Assembly (NCBI GenBank): GCA_977017575.1 | Contig: CDRNVI010000007.1 | Location: 186,001 to 250,000, forward strand | Source: Paramoeba atlantica | Taxonomy: Eukaryota; Protista; Discosea | Length of the DNA: 64,000 nucleotides | Direction of reading: 5' to 3' | Shown: positions 1-9,418 of the stretch, piece after piece | How positions within the stretch are numbered: the first letter of the stretch is position 1 | How the letters are laid out: each line of letters opens with the position of its first letter | The notes under the pieces: generated by a model | Told to the model about the DNA's origin: nothing | The model's database searches: none | Seen by the model: the letters and a program-made list of their open reading frames with translations, nothing else | Made by a program: the position numbers and the translations under genes

Positions 1-348
1 ACGGACATTTCAAATCCGAAAAAAACGCAAAGATCCTCGATTATGTTCCCAAAATTGACAGACTACAGCTGTTTCAAAGTTTGGGGAATATTTTTGAGCT
101 CCTTAACTAACTTCCAGAAATATCTTTTTTTTGAAACGCATTTCACTCGCCGACGGCATAACAAATGAACGAAAAAAAGGTACGATTTTATCGGCCATGA
201 AAAACTGGCCAGCTGGCCACTCCCTGAAACAATTTTGAGCTAGTCACTTCCTGGAAAACTGGCCAGATGGCTACCAAAAACTGCAGTTTGCATTTCGTAT
301 ACGTAAGATGAATCGCGACGTCCAAAAAAAGTCGCAAGCTGCCCACCT

Positions 349-700
349 CCTGCATGAAAGGGAAGCTGGTCACTTTTTCAGGGGGTGGCCAGGTGGCCAC
401 TTTTTCAAGGGGTGGCCAGCTGGCCACTTTTTCAAGGGGTGGCCAATTGGCCACTTTTTCAAGGGGTGGTCAGCCGGGCACTTTTTCAGGTGGTGGCAAG
501 CTGGCCACTTTTTCAAGGGGTGGCCAGCTGGCCACTTTTTCAGGGGGTGGCCAGCTGGCCACTTTTCAAGGGGTGGCCAGCTGGCCACTTTTTCAGGGGG
601 TGGCCAGGTGGCCACTTTCTCAAGGGGTGGCCAGCTGGCCACTTTTTCAGGGGTTGGCCAGCTGGCCACTTTTTCAAGGGGTAGTCAGCTGACTACTTTT
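349..700. repeat. 27-bp minisatellite (about 13 units, consensus GGGGTGGCCAGCTGGCCACTTTTTCAA) with a 16-bp palindromic core GTGGCCAGCTGGCCAC
   Basis: Tandem units are directly visible, and the 9-aa periodicity of the ORFs (FKGWPAGHF) matches 27 bp. Opposite-orientation units lie at about 197-275. Confidence 0.95.
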
Positions 701-788
701 TAGAAGAAGATTGGCATTGTTTTGTCAATTCTTACTGCCATGATGCCCACGAATTTTCCTGATTGATACGACGAAACTATTTTTGTAG

Positions 789-999
789 AATCCAGGTATA
801 TAGAGTCGAGGGAGATACGAAGCAACAGATGTAGCAAATTCCCACTGAAAAGAAATCGTATCTCCCTGCACGAAGTTGGCTCCAAGCTAGCAAGCGCATA
901 GGTAGGCAGTTCTCGTGCAGGGAGATACGATTTCTTTTCGGTGGGAATCTGCTACATATGTTGCTTCGTATCTCCCTCGCCCCTTTATGGACCTGGATT
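789..999. mobile_element. Foldback/MITE-like element with about 85-bp inverted arms
   Basis: The arm at 789-873 (aatccaggt...gagggagatacgaagcaac...cgtatctccctgcacga) is the near-perfect reverse complement of about 912-999. Confidence 0.8.
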
Positions 1000-1294
1000 T
1001 GTAAAACAAAAATTAGTAAATTTTTAATTAGTTAAACACTTTGGAAAATTCACGTTTTACACCTTACATTATTTTTTTTCTTTGTTTCGGAATTCTATTC
1101 TTTTTTACGAAAAGTTTTCAGAGTCCTTAACAGATTAGCAAAAGAATTGGTTATTCGAATACTCATGTAGAATGTTCATGTAGGGACACTGTATGGGAGG
1201 GGGCAAAAGTCAATCCCTTTTGGGGGCATTTTCTTCGAGGTAAAGATACCGTTTACATAAAATACGCTTCACTGAAGCCTGACACACTCAGCAT

Positions 1295-1367
1295 GGGAAA
1301 GCATGGTCGGGACCTCCTCCCGGTCTTCCTTAGCATTACCATTTTGTAGATGATACTAACGCCGACC
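1295..1367 (+). ncRNA. Candidate (degenerate) HDV-like self-cleaving ribozyme
   Basis: P1 GGGAAAG/CTTCCTT (one A-C mismatch), P2 GGTCGGG/C(G)CCGACC, P3 ACC/GGT, L3 TCCTCCC, a short P4 and J4/2 CTAA occur in the correct nested double-pseudoknot order. P1.1 is AG rather than GG. Confidence 0.45.
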
Positions 1368-1586
1368 TTAGAGTAGACAACCTACTCAAATGATAGAAAT
1401 ACCGTTTCTGTAAAAATTGATTTTATCAAGTTGGCAATTTTTTCGGGGGCAGTGCAAAAAATAGTAAAACAAAAATTAGTGAATTTTTAATTAGTAGAAC
1501 TTTTTGACTATTTTACAATAAAAGTTTTACTAATTTTTGCGAGCACTGTAATTCGTGTCTTACCTTTCTTGCTCACCCCTTACCTC

Positions 1587-2681
1587 ATGACATTCAGAGC
1601 CTCAGAGACACCGAAAAAACCTCCTTGTCCCCCACCTCGAACTCCACTGCCGGAGGATCTGAAATTCGGAGCCATTCTGACGCCTAATGTGCTCCAGGTA
1701 GACTGGACCGCAAGCCAGGGCTGGGGAAAGCCCTACTTTCGGAAAACACAGAAGAAACTTCTTCTGTCCTACAGCTGCAGTGGGCTTCACTACGCGCTGT
1801 CTTGCTTTGAGGGGATGAAAGTGTATCGCGACCCCACAGGGGGACTGCGCCTGTTCCGTCCTGACATGCACGCTGCCCGGTTTCTTCGCAGCGCTCTACG
1901 TCTCACGCTACCGGGGTTTGACGAGACTGAGCTGGTGGAGCTGATCAAAATCGCTGTCCGCCGGGACCAGTCCTGGATGCCACAGCGTGAGGGCTGCACG
2001 CTGTACGTGCGCCCGACACTGATCAGCACCGACCCCACGCTCGGGCTAGGGATCCCGTCCAGCGCGAAGCTCTTCCTGCTGCTGAGCCCCGTGGGGCCGT
2101 ACTATAACTCCGGTACGCGTCCGATTTCTCTTCTGGTGGCCGAGGAGCATATTCGGTCCTGGCCCGGGGGCGCGGGAAGTCACAAACTCGCGGCCAACTA
2201 CGGACCGACGATTTATGTGCAAAAACTGGCAGAACGTAACGGTTGCAGCCAAGTACTGTGGCTTGGCCCGAATCGTACCTGCACAGAAGCCGGCTCGATG
2301 AATTTGTTGTTTGTTCTTCGTGAAGGAGAGCACGGCTCGAATCGTATTGTGGTGACCTCCCCGATACTAGACACGATTGTTCCTGGGGTTACCCGGGACT
2401 CCATTCTCCAGTTACTGTCTTCTTTTCCTAGTGTACTCGTCGAGGAGCGCAGTATTACCATTGAAGAACTTCTCGCACACCATCGCTCAGGTGTCCTTCG
2501 AGAAGTCATTGGGTGTGGAACAGCCGCACTGATTACTTCCGTCGATTGTATATGCTACAACGATGAAAGGTACACGATAGCTCCCTGTCACGAGGGAGGG
2601 CTTGCCTTGGAACTCTTAGAAAGGCTTGATGCCATTCAACGTGGTGTTGTAAAGAACAGCTGGTCAGTTCTCATAGAGTAG
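1587..2681 (+). CDS. BCAT: Branched-chain amino acid aminotransferase (PLP fold IV)
   Basis: Motifs LHYA..CFEGMK, LFRPD..A.R..RSA.RL, YVRPT, HKLAANYGP (PLP lysine), EAGSMNL, PGVTRDS and GCGTAA. First ATG is at 1587. Confidence 0.95.
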   Translation: MTFRASETPKKPPCPPPRTPLPEDLKFGAILTPNVLQVDWTASQGWGKPYFRKTQKKLLLSYSCSGLHYALSCFEGMKVYRDPTGGLRLFRPDMHAARFLRSALRLTLPGFDETELVELIKIAVRRDQSWMPQREGCTLYVRPTLISTDPTLGLGIPSSAKLFLLLSPVGPYYNSGTRPISLLVAEEHIRSWPGGAGSHKLAANYGPTIYVQKLAERNGCSQVLWLGPNRTCTEAGSMNLLFVLREGEHGSNRIVVTSPILDTIVPGVTRDSILQLLSSFPSVLVEERSITIEELLAHHRSGVLREVIGCGTAALITSVDCICYNDERYTIAPCHEGGLALELLERLDAIQRGVVKNSWSVLIE

Positions 2682-3044
2682 AATTTGCGTTTGGGCTTAT
2701 TGGGCAACTATATTTTATCGTTTTTATCCACGAGATCAGTCAGAAAATTTGATGGACAGAAAATGAGGCGAGCCAACGTTTGACGCAAGGTGTTCTTGCC
2801 AGTGATATCCTGATATTTCTCCTCCACGTACAAGACGTTTTTGTCACTTCTTTTATTAGGAAGTGTTTCATCTTTTTGGGGAACTGTTACCCCGGAACAG
2901 GATACTGAATAGGAAATGTTGGGTGGAATGTTACGTTAAGTAAAATGTATGTTGCCTGACTTTTGTCTACAGACCAAACAAATGTAGCTGCTTTTATTCA
3001 ATATTAAATAAAATGTATTTTTTTCAAATCGTCATGTAGAGTAA

Positions 3045-4391
3045 ATGGGTTCTCCTTCTAAAGATTGTGTTTGCATATCCGTGAGATATTCCCTAGGTGC
3101 ACTAATTACATTTTTAATCATTATTATTTTTATAATGACTGTAGTTTTCTATCCCGCAACGCCAAGGGTTAACGTCGGAGAAACTTCAGCGAAACGTCAA
3201 AGGAAAGAAATGGAATCAGGTAATATTGGTTCAGGGTATGTAGAGGAAAAGGGAAGTAAGTCAATAGTTCAGATGGCGTCTGATATCACGTTCACTACGC
3301 CTCTGCAAACAGCGCACTCATCTTCACTTCCCGTGGGAAGCAGTTCAAAAAAAGTGGTGGATATATACGCACCCGAGCACAACGGCTTTCTGTCGAATTC
3401 GGAGCGGCAACTTCTTTCTTTGAGAAATTCACTTTCGGAAAGAATTTCTCAGCATCTAGCGAGCGAGGTTGCAGGTATTATCAGGGAAAAAGTTGGAATA
3501 AATGCGAAACAAGAAGCTCCCAACGAGGTAAAGTGTTTAACTCCTGATTTAGACCAGGAATCAAGTCTACTTGAATGCATACGCGGAGAGCTTGGAAAAC
3601 AAATAACTCCTCTTGTAAAGAAAATTGATGAGTTGAAGGACAATGTCAGCGAGATGCGTTCGATGATTGGTGCACTTACCCAGAAATCCACAGTAAAAGA
3701 AAATGCTTCGAAGGCGTCCACTCCTGATCATTCATTAGAATCCACCAATAATAAATTACCGGATACTAAGCCATTTTCCATTTGCTCTACGCAACACGAT
3801 GTTAAACAAGGTGCAGTCGTGCGGAACCCTGACGTAGATTTACAGCTGTCAAATAATATCACCACCAAGGAATATACTTTGCCCGCTGGAAATGCGTGGG
3901 AATCTCTTTCCGAAGCTACAGAAAAAAAATCTGGCAACAATTCCTTAAAAACAGATACGCCAAAATCAACTTTTGGTATCACTGAGAGTAAAACTTGGAC
4001 TTCCGACACTAGGCGTGGGTTCAGAGAAACTTTCGAAGCACAGAAAACGAATTCCACTGTTCTTCCTTTCGCTGCAAGTGATAGTATCCGGCCACCCCTT
4101 GCAACGGAAAACCAAAGTGAAGTCGTATCAACTACATTTGCGTTCGGACAAACCGCTCCGCAGCCTACCACTTTTTCGGAAGCAACCGGTCAAAACTTTG
4201 CTTCCACGTCCTTTGAATTAGCCGCGACACCCGCACCCGCCACATTGGACAACCCTTTTATGAGTACAACTGCTTCACCATCTGGCTTCGGAAGTTCCAC
4301 ATTCGGTGAGGCAGCCAGTATAGGGACAGATGGTGGCGGATTTTCCTTTGGAGCTCCATCAAAAAGACGACCGTCCTTCAAAAGGAGGTAA
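3045..4391 (+). CDS. Putative FG-nucleoporin-like protein with N-terminal transmembrane helix
   Basis: Hydrophobic segment LGALITFLIIIIFIMTVVFY, a coiled-coil-like middle, an S/T-rich tail with FG/FSFG motifs, and a basic C-terminus (KRRPSFKRR). Confidence 0.55.
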   Translation: MGSPSKDCVCISVRYSLGALITFLIIIIFIMTVVFYPATPRVNVGETSAKRQRKEMESGNIGSGYVEEKGSKSIVQMASDITFTTPLQTAHSSSLPVGSSSKKVVDIYAPEHNGFLSNSERQLLSLRNSLSERISQHLASEVAGIIREKVGINAKQEAPNEVKCLTPDLDQESSLLECIRGELGKQITPLVKKIDELKDNVSEMRSMIGALTQKSTVKENASKASTPDHSLESTNNKLPDTKPFSICSTQHDVKQGAVVRNPDVDLQLSNNITTKEYTLPAGNAWESLSEATEKKSGNNSLKTDTPKSTFGITESKTWTSDTRRGFRETFEAQKTNSTVLPFAASDSIRPPLATENQSEVVSTTFAFGQTAPQPTTFSEATGQNFASTSFELAATPAPATLDNPFMSTTASPSGFGSSTFGEAASIGTDGGGFSFGAPSKRRPSFKRR

Positions 4392-4636
4392 ATTTTGGCA
4401 CCTACAATGTGTGTACATACAATGTGTTTTGTCCGAACATCCTGACTTCCGGTTATGATGTACAATCTATTTGCACACATATTTTCATGAATACGGAGAG
4501 ATTGAAGAAAAATAGACTCATAACGGAATTTTTATTTTAAAAACCGTATAAACCTTTTCTGGACACGGTGAAATACACTTGTATCGTCGACTTCCTAGGT
4601 TTTTTATTTCCACATCCATAATTTTCTATTTTCTTG

Positions 4637-5773
4637 ATGCTATTCCATAAGTCCCTTTTGTGGTGCCGGGAACCGTTATTTCGCAGTTGGCTCTTGAAAC
4701 AACAAATGGTCGCAAGGGTAAACTACGCACAGTCATCCCCAGATATGGATACAAGCTATTTCATCTCCGGGCCGACACTAAGTGAAAAGGATCGCCTTTT
4801 TGATCCTGTGATGAGCAAATTAGAACATGATAGAAAGAAATCTCAAGATTTTTCAAGGAAGAGTTACATGAATCAAAAAGAGTTGAAAAGGTGGATGAAA
4901 GTTAAGCATGCAGCCCAAATATTGAAAATTAAGCTAGAAAATGTTTATGGCATGACAGCTGATGAGGCAAAGGATCATTATCATCGACTTGTCTTAAACG
5001 AGGGATTCATGCTTGGCGAGGCAGGAAGGCAGGATGCGTACACAGCTGCTGAGTGTTTGACGGAATTCTGTACTTCGAAGCTACACAGCAATACTTCGAA
5101 ACAATACTTCCTAAAAAGACTTGTTGAGGAGCGCCAAAAAACAAGAGATGAACTTGCACAACTGACAGACGGGTATCGTATGTATTTCTTTTGGGCTTTA
5201 GCGTTTTTCTTTACTGTGTGTTGCGTAATGTTTTTACTTGGTGGAGCATTGATCATGAAGCAGAATCCTGATCTTTTCTACGGGATTTTTAAGCAAGCGG
5301 CTCATATGTCAAGAGCGACCGTTGGGTTAATGGAAAAAAGAGAATTTAATCTACCGAAAGCACTGTGCGTCCCTCGTGCCGAGGATATGGAGCTGGACTC
5401 CAACATTCTGGGATCGAATTTCACCTACGCGGGTGGATCGCAAAGTGCGCAGACTTTGAGCAATATTTCGCTTCTCCCTTCAGAACAGGAGACAGCATCC
5501 CGTTCTGAATATCATACTGGTTTTATAGAAATGATACCGCAGGTTTGGAATTTCTTCACAAGAAAAAGTAGTACACCCTCAGAGCAACAATCTTATACGA
5601 ATGACAATGTAACTTCACAACACGGTTCGTTTCTCGCTATCGGAAACTGCGGAATTCAGAGCGCTGATCCTCTTTATGAAGAACTCATGGATGAAGCAGC
5701 CATTGTCAAACAGAGGGAACGAAACATAATCCAACAACTAATAGGAAAAGTTGACTCTTTGAACGTAAATTGA
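4637..5773 (+). CDS. Hypothetical single-pass membrane protein, possibly mitochondrial
   Basis: Long ORF on the gene-cluster strand, with an Arg/Leu-rich N-terminus and one strong hydrophobic segment (YFFWALAFFFTVCCVMFLLGGALI). Confidence 0.65.
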   Translation: MLFHKSLLWCREPLFRSWLLKQQMVARVNYAQSSPDMDTSYFISGPTLSEKDRLFDPVMSKLEHDRKKSQDFSRKSYMNQKELKRWMKVKHAAQILKIKLENVYGMTADEAKDHYHRLVLNEGFMLGEAGRQDAYTAAECLTEFCTSKLHSNTSKQYFLKRLVEERQKTRDELAQLTDGYRMYFFWALAFFFTVCCVMFLLGGALIMKQNPDLFYGIFKQAAHMSRATVGLMEKREFNLPKALCVPRAEDMELDSNILGSNFTYAGGSQSAQTLSNISLLPSEQETASRSEYHTGFIEMIPQVWNFFTRKSSTPSEQQSYTNDNVTSQHGSFLAIGNCGIQSADPLYEELMDEAAIVKQRERNIIQQLIGKVDSLNVN

Positions 5774-6418
5774 CTATTCTTCGTTGTCGTTCTCCCAAAA
5801 AATGATTACATGTGGAACTATACTATTTGAAATTAAGTTTTGAACCTGTAGTTAGCACTGGTCAATAGCATTTACAACCTATGCGGTTGCAATCAAAGGT
5901 GCATAACCGTACATGAGTTAACGGCGTACATGACATGTACCCTACTCGCGGGAAGGCTACGTACTGTACTCGCGGGAAGGCTACGTAGAAACGTCGTTTT
6001 GGTTTACTGCTGAACAGGTATTTTGTGGATAGGAAATTCCACAGTATTCCTACATATTCTCAGGGTATTCAGGCGACGGTTAGAATGTTTGATATGCCCA
6101 CTCATTCGTTAAGGAACGTGGGAATGGAATGCGAGACCCCGAAGACGAGGGCGCTGATGAACTTATGCATGGTTCCGTCGCACACCACGATTTCCGATTC
6201 ATCAGTCGCCTCGGAGTTACATGCCTGGAGAGAAAGATGAATCGAAAAGCGGGCGCTCCATCTCTTCCATGTCTACAATTGGAGACATTCTCGGTTTCTT
6301 AAGTTGGTTTGAATATTTTCTACTGTACGGGGCCCCCTAACAAAGCCACCCAACAAAGCCAAGGTGTCCCGTAATAGGTGTCTCGGTTTTTCTAGCGCTC
6401 TGCTATGCCATGTACGTA

Positions 6419-8145
6419 CTGTGACCCCCCCCTTTAATATGGACAGGGGGTATCCCCCCCCTTTATTATGGACAAATCCGACCGGGCGCCGCGCAGCGGC
6501 GCCAATTTTTTTTTTTGACATACCCTTTTTTTTGTCTCTTTTTTTCTGTTTTTTAGGGTATCTGTAGCTAGGTAATTTTATCAGCTTTCACATAGTTCGT
6601 CATGTTCATATATTTCAGTCATTTTTCAACCTAATGAATTCCGTGGAAGGACCCTTAACCTCTTGGATTAAGGCAACACCCCCAAAGCCACAGGTAGGTA
6701 ATCCAACAATGTTGATTACAAATGAGCGCAATGTCCACGCTTCTTTAGATATCCACGTAAAGGAGAAAAGGGGACGAACTGAGCTTAATATATACGAGAA
6801 GCGCGAAATCTGCCGATCGACTCTCTCGGTAAAAAGAATCCGAGAAAAATACGGAATTTCGCGAAGCGGAGTATATGAAATCCGTAGCCACGGTATGAGC
6901 TACTTTCAAAAACTCATTGATCGTTCCATGGGGAGCAACCACAGGAATCGTGCTTTTAACGTTCGAGGAGGCGACTACAATGATCCCGAAGCAGTTTGCT
7001 ACAATAAGTCTGAGGCAATGGAACGGGTACACCGCTCCTGCGTTCAAGCCTCCTCGTTATGGTGTCCCCTCACCAGAAATATCGTCATCGACATGATACG
7101 ACAAAATACGGGATTGACTTCAATTAGTGCTTTGGAAGACACTTATGCGAAGTTCAGACGGTACTATGGTTGGGTGAAGAGGAATCCCTCTGCTCGATCT
7201 GATTTTCTGAACAGCATCATGATTCACATGCGTCCGCTGATAGGTTTCTCTGCGGAGATGAAGATTAAATACGCCGCAGTGCCGCAACAGCAACCAATGA
7301 CGAATGAATGCGGGCTCCATTTGGTAAACAATCTGTGTAACTTGCTTTTTTTAGTTCCCGTGGAGAACAAGCTCACACGCAAAAATATCTCAAAAACATG
7401 GCCACCATGCGTTCCCGGTGCTCTGTCTCATCGTCCTGCCCTCACTGAAGAGCTTCACGATGAGGAAATAATTGACACTCAAGATTGTTTAGGGCAACTA
7501 ATACTTCATCCAGACAACGACCGCGGGGACATGGACACAGAGGGGTGGGATCAGTCAGTAGCGTATGATGATACTTTTGAATTGTAAAAGGGCTGTTATT
7601 TTATTTTGTTGTGATAAGTTTACGTGGGTTTTTTTACGTGAGCTCTTAACGTTGGTCTTGTTTTTTCCCGTCGTGAACGTAAGTTCTTTCTTTCCACCTT
7701 TAGTTCATTTGTGTGAAACTTTGTATGAGTAGGAAGTTTGGGCTCGATTTTTACGTTAGAACATCTACAATTTAACTGAATGGAACCTTTATAGCTACAC
7801 GGAATATAGAGCTGAATGTGAGCATGCATGATTTTTTGCTTGTTGTTAATTTTTTATTCCTAATTATAGTGTACATCAATAATGTATATCCTCCATGTAC
7901 CCTTCACCCTTATGAAGAAGTGCCCCTTCACCCCTCATTGACGCCCTCCTCCCCCGCCCTCTTCCTCTGCTCTCCTCGCCCTCTCTCCTGGACATGGATT
8001 TTACAAATTTGATTTTTTGTCGTATTATAAGTAAAAAAGGTGCCGCGAAGCGGCGCCGAATTTTTTTTCACACCCCTTTCATCGCCCCTCCCTTTATTAT
8101 GGACAAAAGCCGAAAAAGTGTCCATATTAAAGGGGGGGGTCACAG
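6419..8145. mobile_element. Non-autonomous pogo/Tc1-superfamily DNA transposon, 27-bp perfect TIRs, TA TSD
   Basis: CTGTGACCCCCCCCTTTAATATGGACA at 6419-6445 and its exact reverse complement at 8119-8145, with TA at 6417-6418 and 8146-8147. Confidence 0.9.
6634..7587 (+). CDS. Transposon-borne protein: CENP-B/pogo-like HTH region plus Ulp1-like protease motif, no DDE domain
   Basis: LNIYEKREICR..SVKRIREKYGISRSGVYEIR resembles a CENP-B N-terminal HTH. VPQQQPMTNECGLHL resembles the PQQ.N..DCG Ulp1/C48 catalytic-Cys motif. Confidence 0.55.
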   Translation: MNSVEGPLTSWIKATPPKPQVGNPTMLITNERNVHASLDIHVKEKRGRTELNIYEKREICRSTLSVKRIREKYGISRSGVYEIRSHGMSYFQKLIDRSMGSNHRNRAFNVRGGDYNDPEAVCYNKSEAMERVHRSCVQASSLWCPLTRNIVIDMIRQNTGLTSISALEDTYAKFRRYYGWVKRNPSARSDFLNSIMIHMRPLIGFSAEMKIKYAAVPQQQPMTNECGLHLVNNLCNLLFLVPVENKLTRKNISKTWPPCVPGALSHRPALTEELHDEEIIDTQDCLGQLILHPDNDRGDMDTEGWDQSVAYDDTFEL

Positions 8146-8430
8146 TAACACGAAACGCTCTGTGAAACCTCGCTACCCGCAGCCCCTCAAGTGTACCATA
8201 GAGAGACATTCCTTTTCATTCAATCATCTTACGAATTACATTTTTAAGTGTGCCTGATTAACCCCTTCACAACAGGATGACCCCACCCCTGTATTGCCCC
8301 TTAAATACCCGTCCCATAAATACCCGTCCCGTAATAACACCAGACACTGTAATTGGAAGTTTGAAACATAAATTAGAGGATCAATACTTATCAACGTTTT
8401 TACCAACTTTTTTACCAACTAGTAAAGAAA

Positions 8431-9171
8431 ATGCTCAGGAGGAAATTTTTGCAGAAAATCTCTTCAAACAGATCTGATTCGGAAGGATCCGAAAAAGTAC
8501 TGCATATGCCTTTGAAACGAAGTGGGTGTTCAAGTAACAGGAATGAAAGTTTACACCTCGCAATGTGGAATTTGGGCCAGTGTGATGCTCGTCGTTGTTC
8601 TGGATTAAAGCTTGTGAGGCAGAAGAAGCTACAATTATTAAGATTAAAGCAAGGTTTTCCTGGTGTTGTTCTCACTCCAACGGCACAAAGGTTTCTTTCA
8701 CCAAACGATCGAGATATCGTCGAACGGCAAGGATTGGCTGTCGTAGACTGCAGTTGGAACGAGATTGAAAACATCAATTGGAAGAAAATTAAAATGGGAC
8801 ACCCACGAGTATTACCGTTTCTAGTGACAGCAAACCCAACCCATTATGGCCAATCGAGCGAAATGAATTGCGCTGAAGCGATTGCAGCAGCTCTCTATAT
8901 TTTAGGGTTTGAAGAAAAGGCGCACACTGTCCTTAGTTCCTTTAACTGGGGAGAGGAATTCTTTCGTTTGAACGCGGAGCTTTTAGATAGATACATCAGG
9001 TGCAATGATGAGAGTGACATTGAAAAGGTTCAGTCTGATTGGATTGCACTTTTAGATTGCGAAAGAGAAACTAGAGCAAGGCGCGCTGCTGCAGACGAAT
9101 CTACACAACAGTCCGCATTCGGTTTGGATACTTACGTGCCCTTCGATGATCTAAGTTCTTCGGAAAGTTGA
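8431..9171 (+). CDS. TSR3: 18S rRNA aminocarboxypropyltransferase Tsr3
   Basis: Motifs MWNLGQCDARRCSGLKL, VVDCSW, RVLPFLVTANPTHYG, NCAEAIAAAL and FNWGEEFFRLN. Confidence 0.95.
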   Translation: MLRRKFLQKISSNRSDSEGSEKVLHMPLKRSGCSSNRNESLHLAMWNLGQCDARRCSGLKLVRQKKLQLLRLKQGFPGVVLTPTAQRFLSPNDRDIVERQGLAVVDCSWNEIENINWKKIKMGHPRVLPFLVTANPTHYGQSSEMNCAEAIAAALYILGFEEKAHTVLSSFNWGEEFFRLNAELLDRYIRCNDESDIEKVQSDWIALLDCERETRARRAAADESTQQSAFGLDTYVPFDDLSSSES

Positions 9172-9418
9172 TTCACCTGATTCTATTGCTTTGACTAAGA
9201 CGTGGATACTATCAACTACTGTAAACGTTACTCAGATAGATGTGAGCCCAAATAAGACTCCCCTCATACAGTGTACGTAAGTACAGTGCTTCGCCCCCAC
9301 CCCACTTATAGTGCCTATTTTCCGGTCTTATTTAGAGTGGTCGTCTATCTTGTTTTATTTAATGCGTATGCTATATTTAAGATTCATGCCTATTTTTCAT
9401 GATTGCGTGACGTGAACT

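Noticed and set aside
349-700. 27-bp palindromic arrays as CRISPR arrays
   Set aside because: The spacers are only 11 bp and nearly identical, there are no cas genes, and the context is eukaryotic.
188-703. ORFs across the minisatellites (also 53088-53745) as proteins
   Set aside because: They are open in several frames on both strands simply because the unit lacks stop codons.
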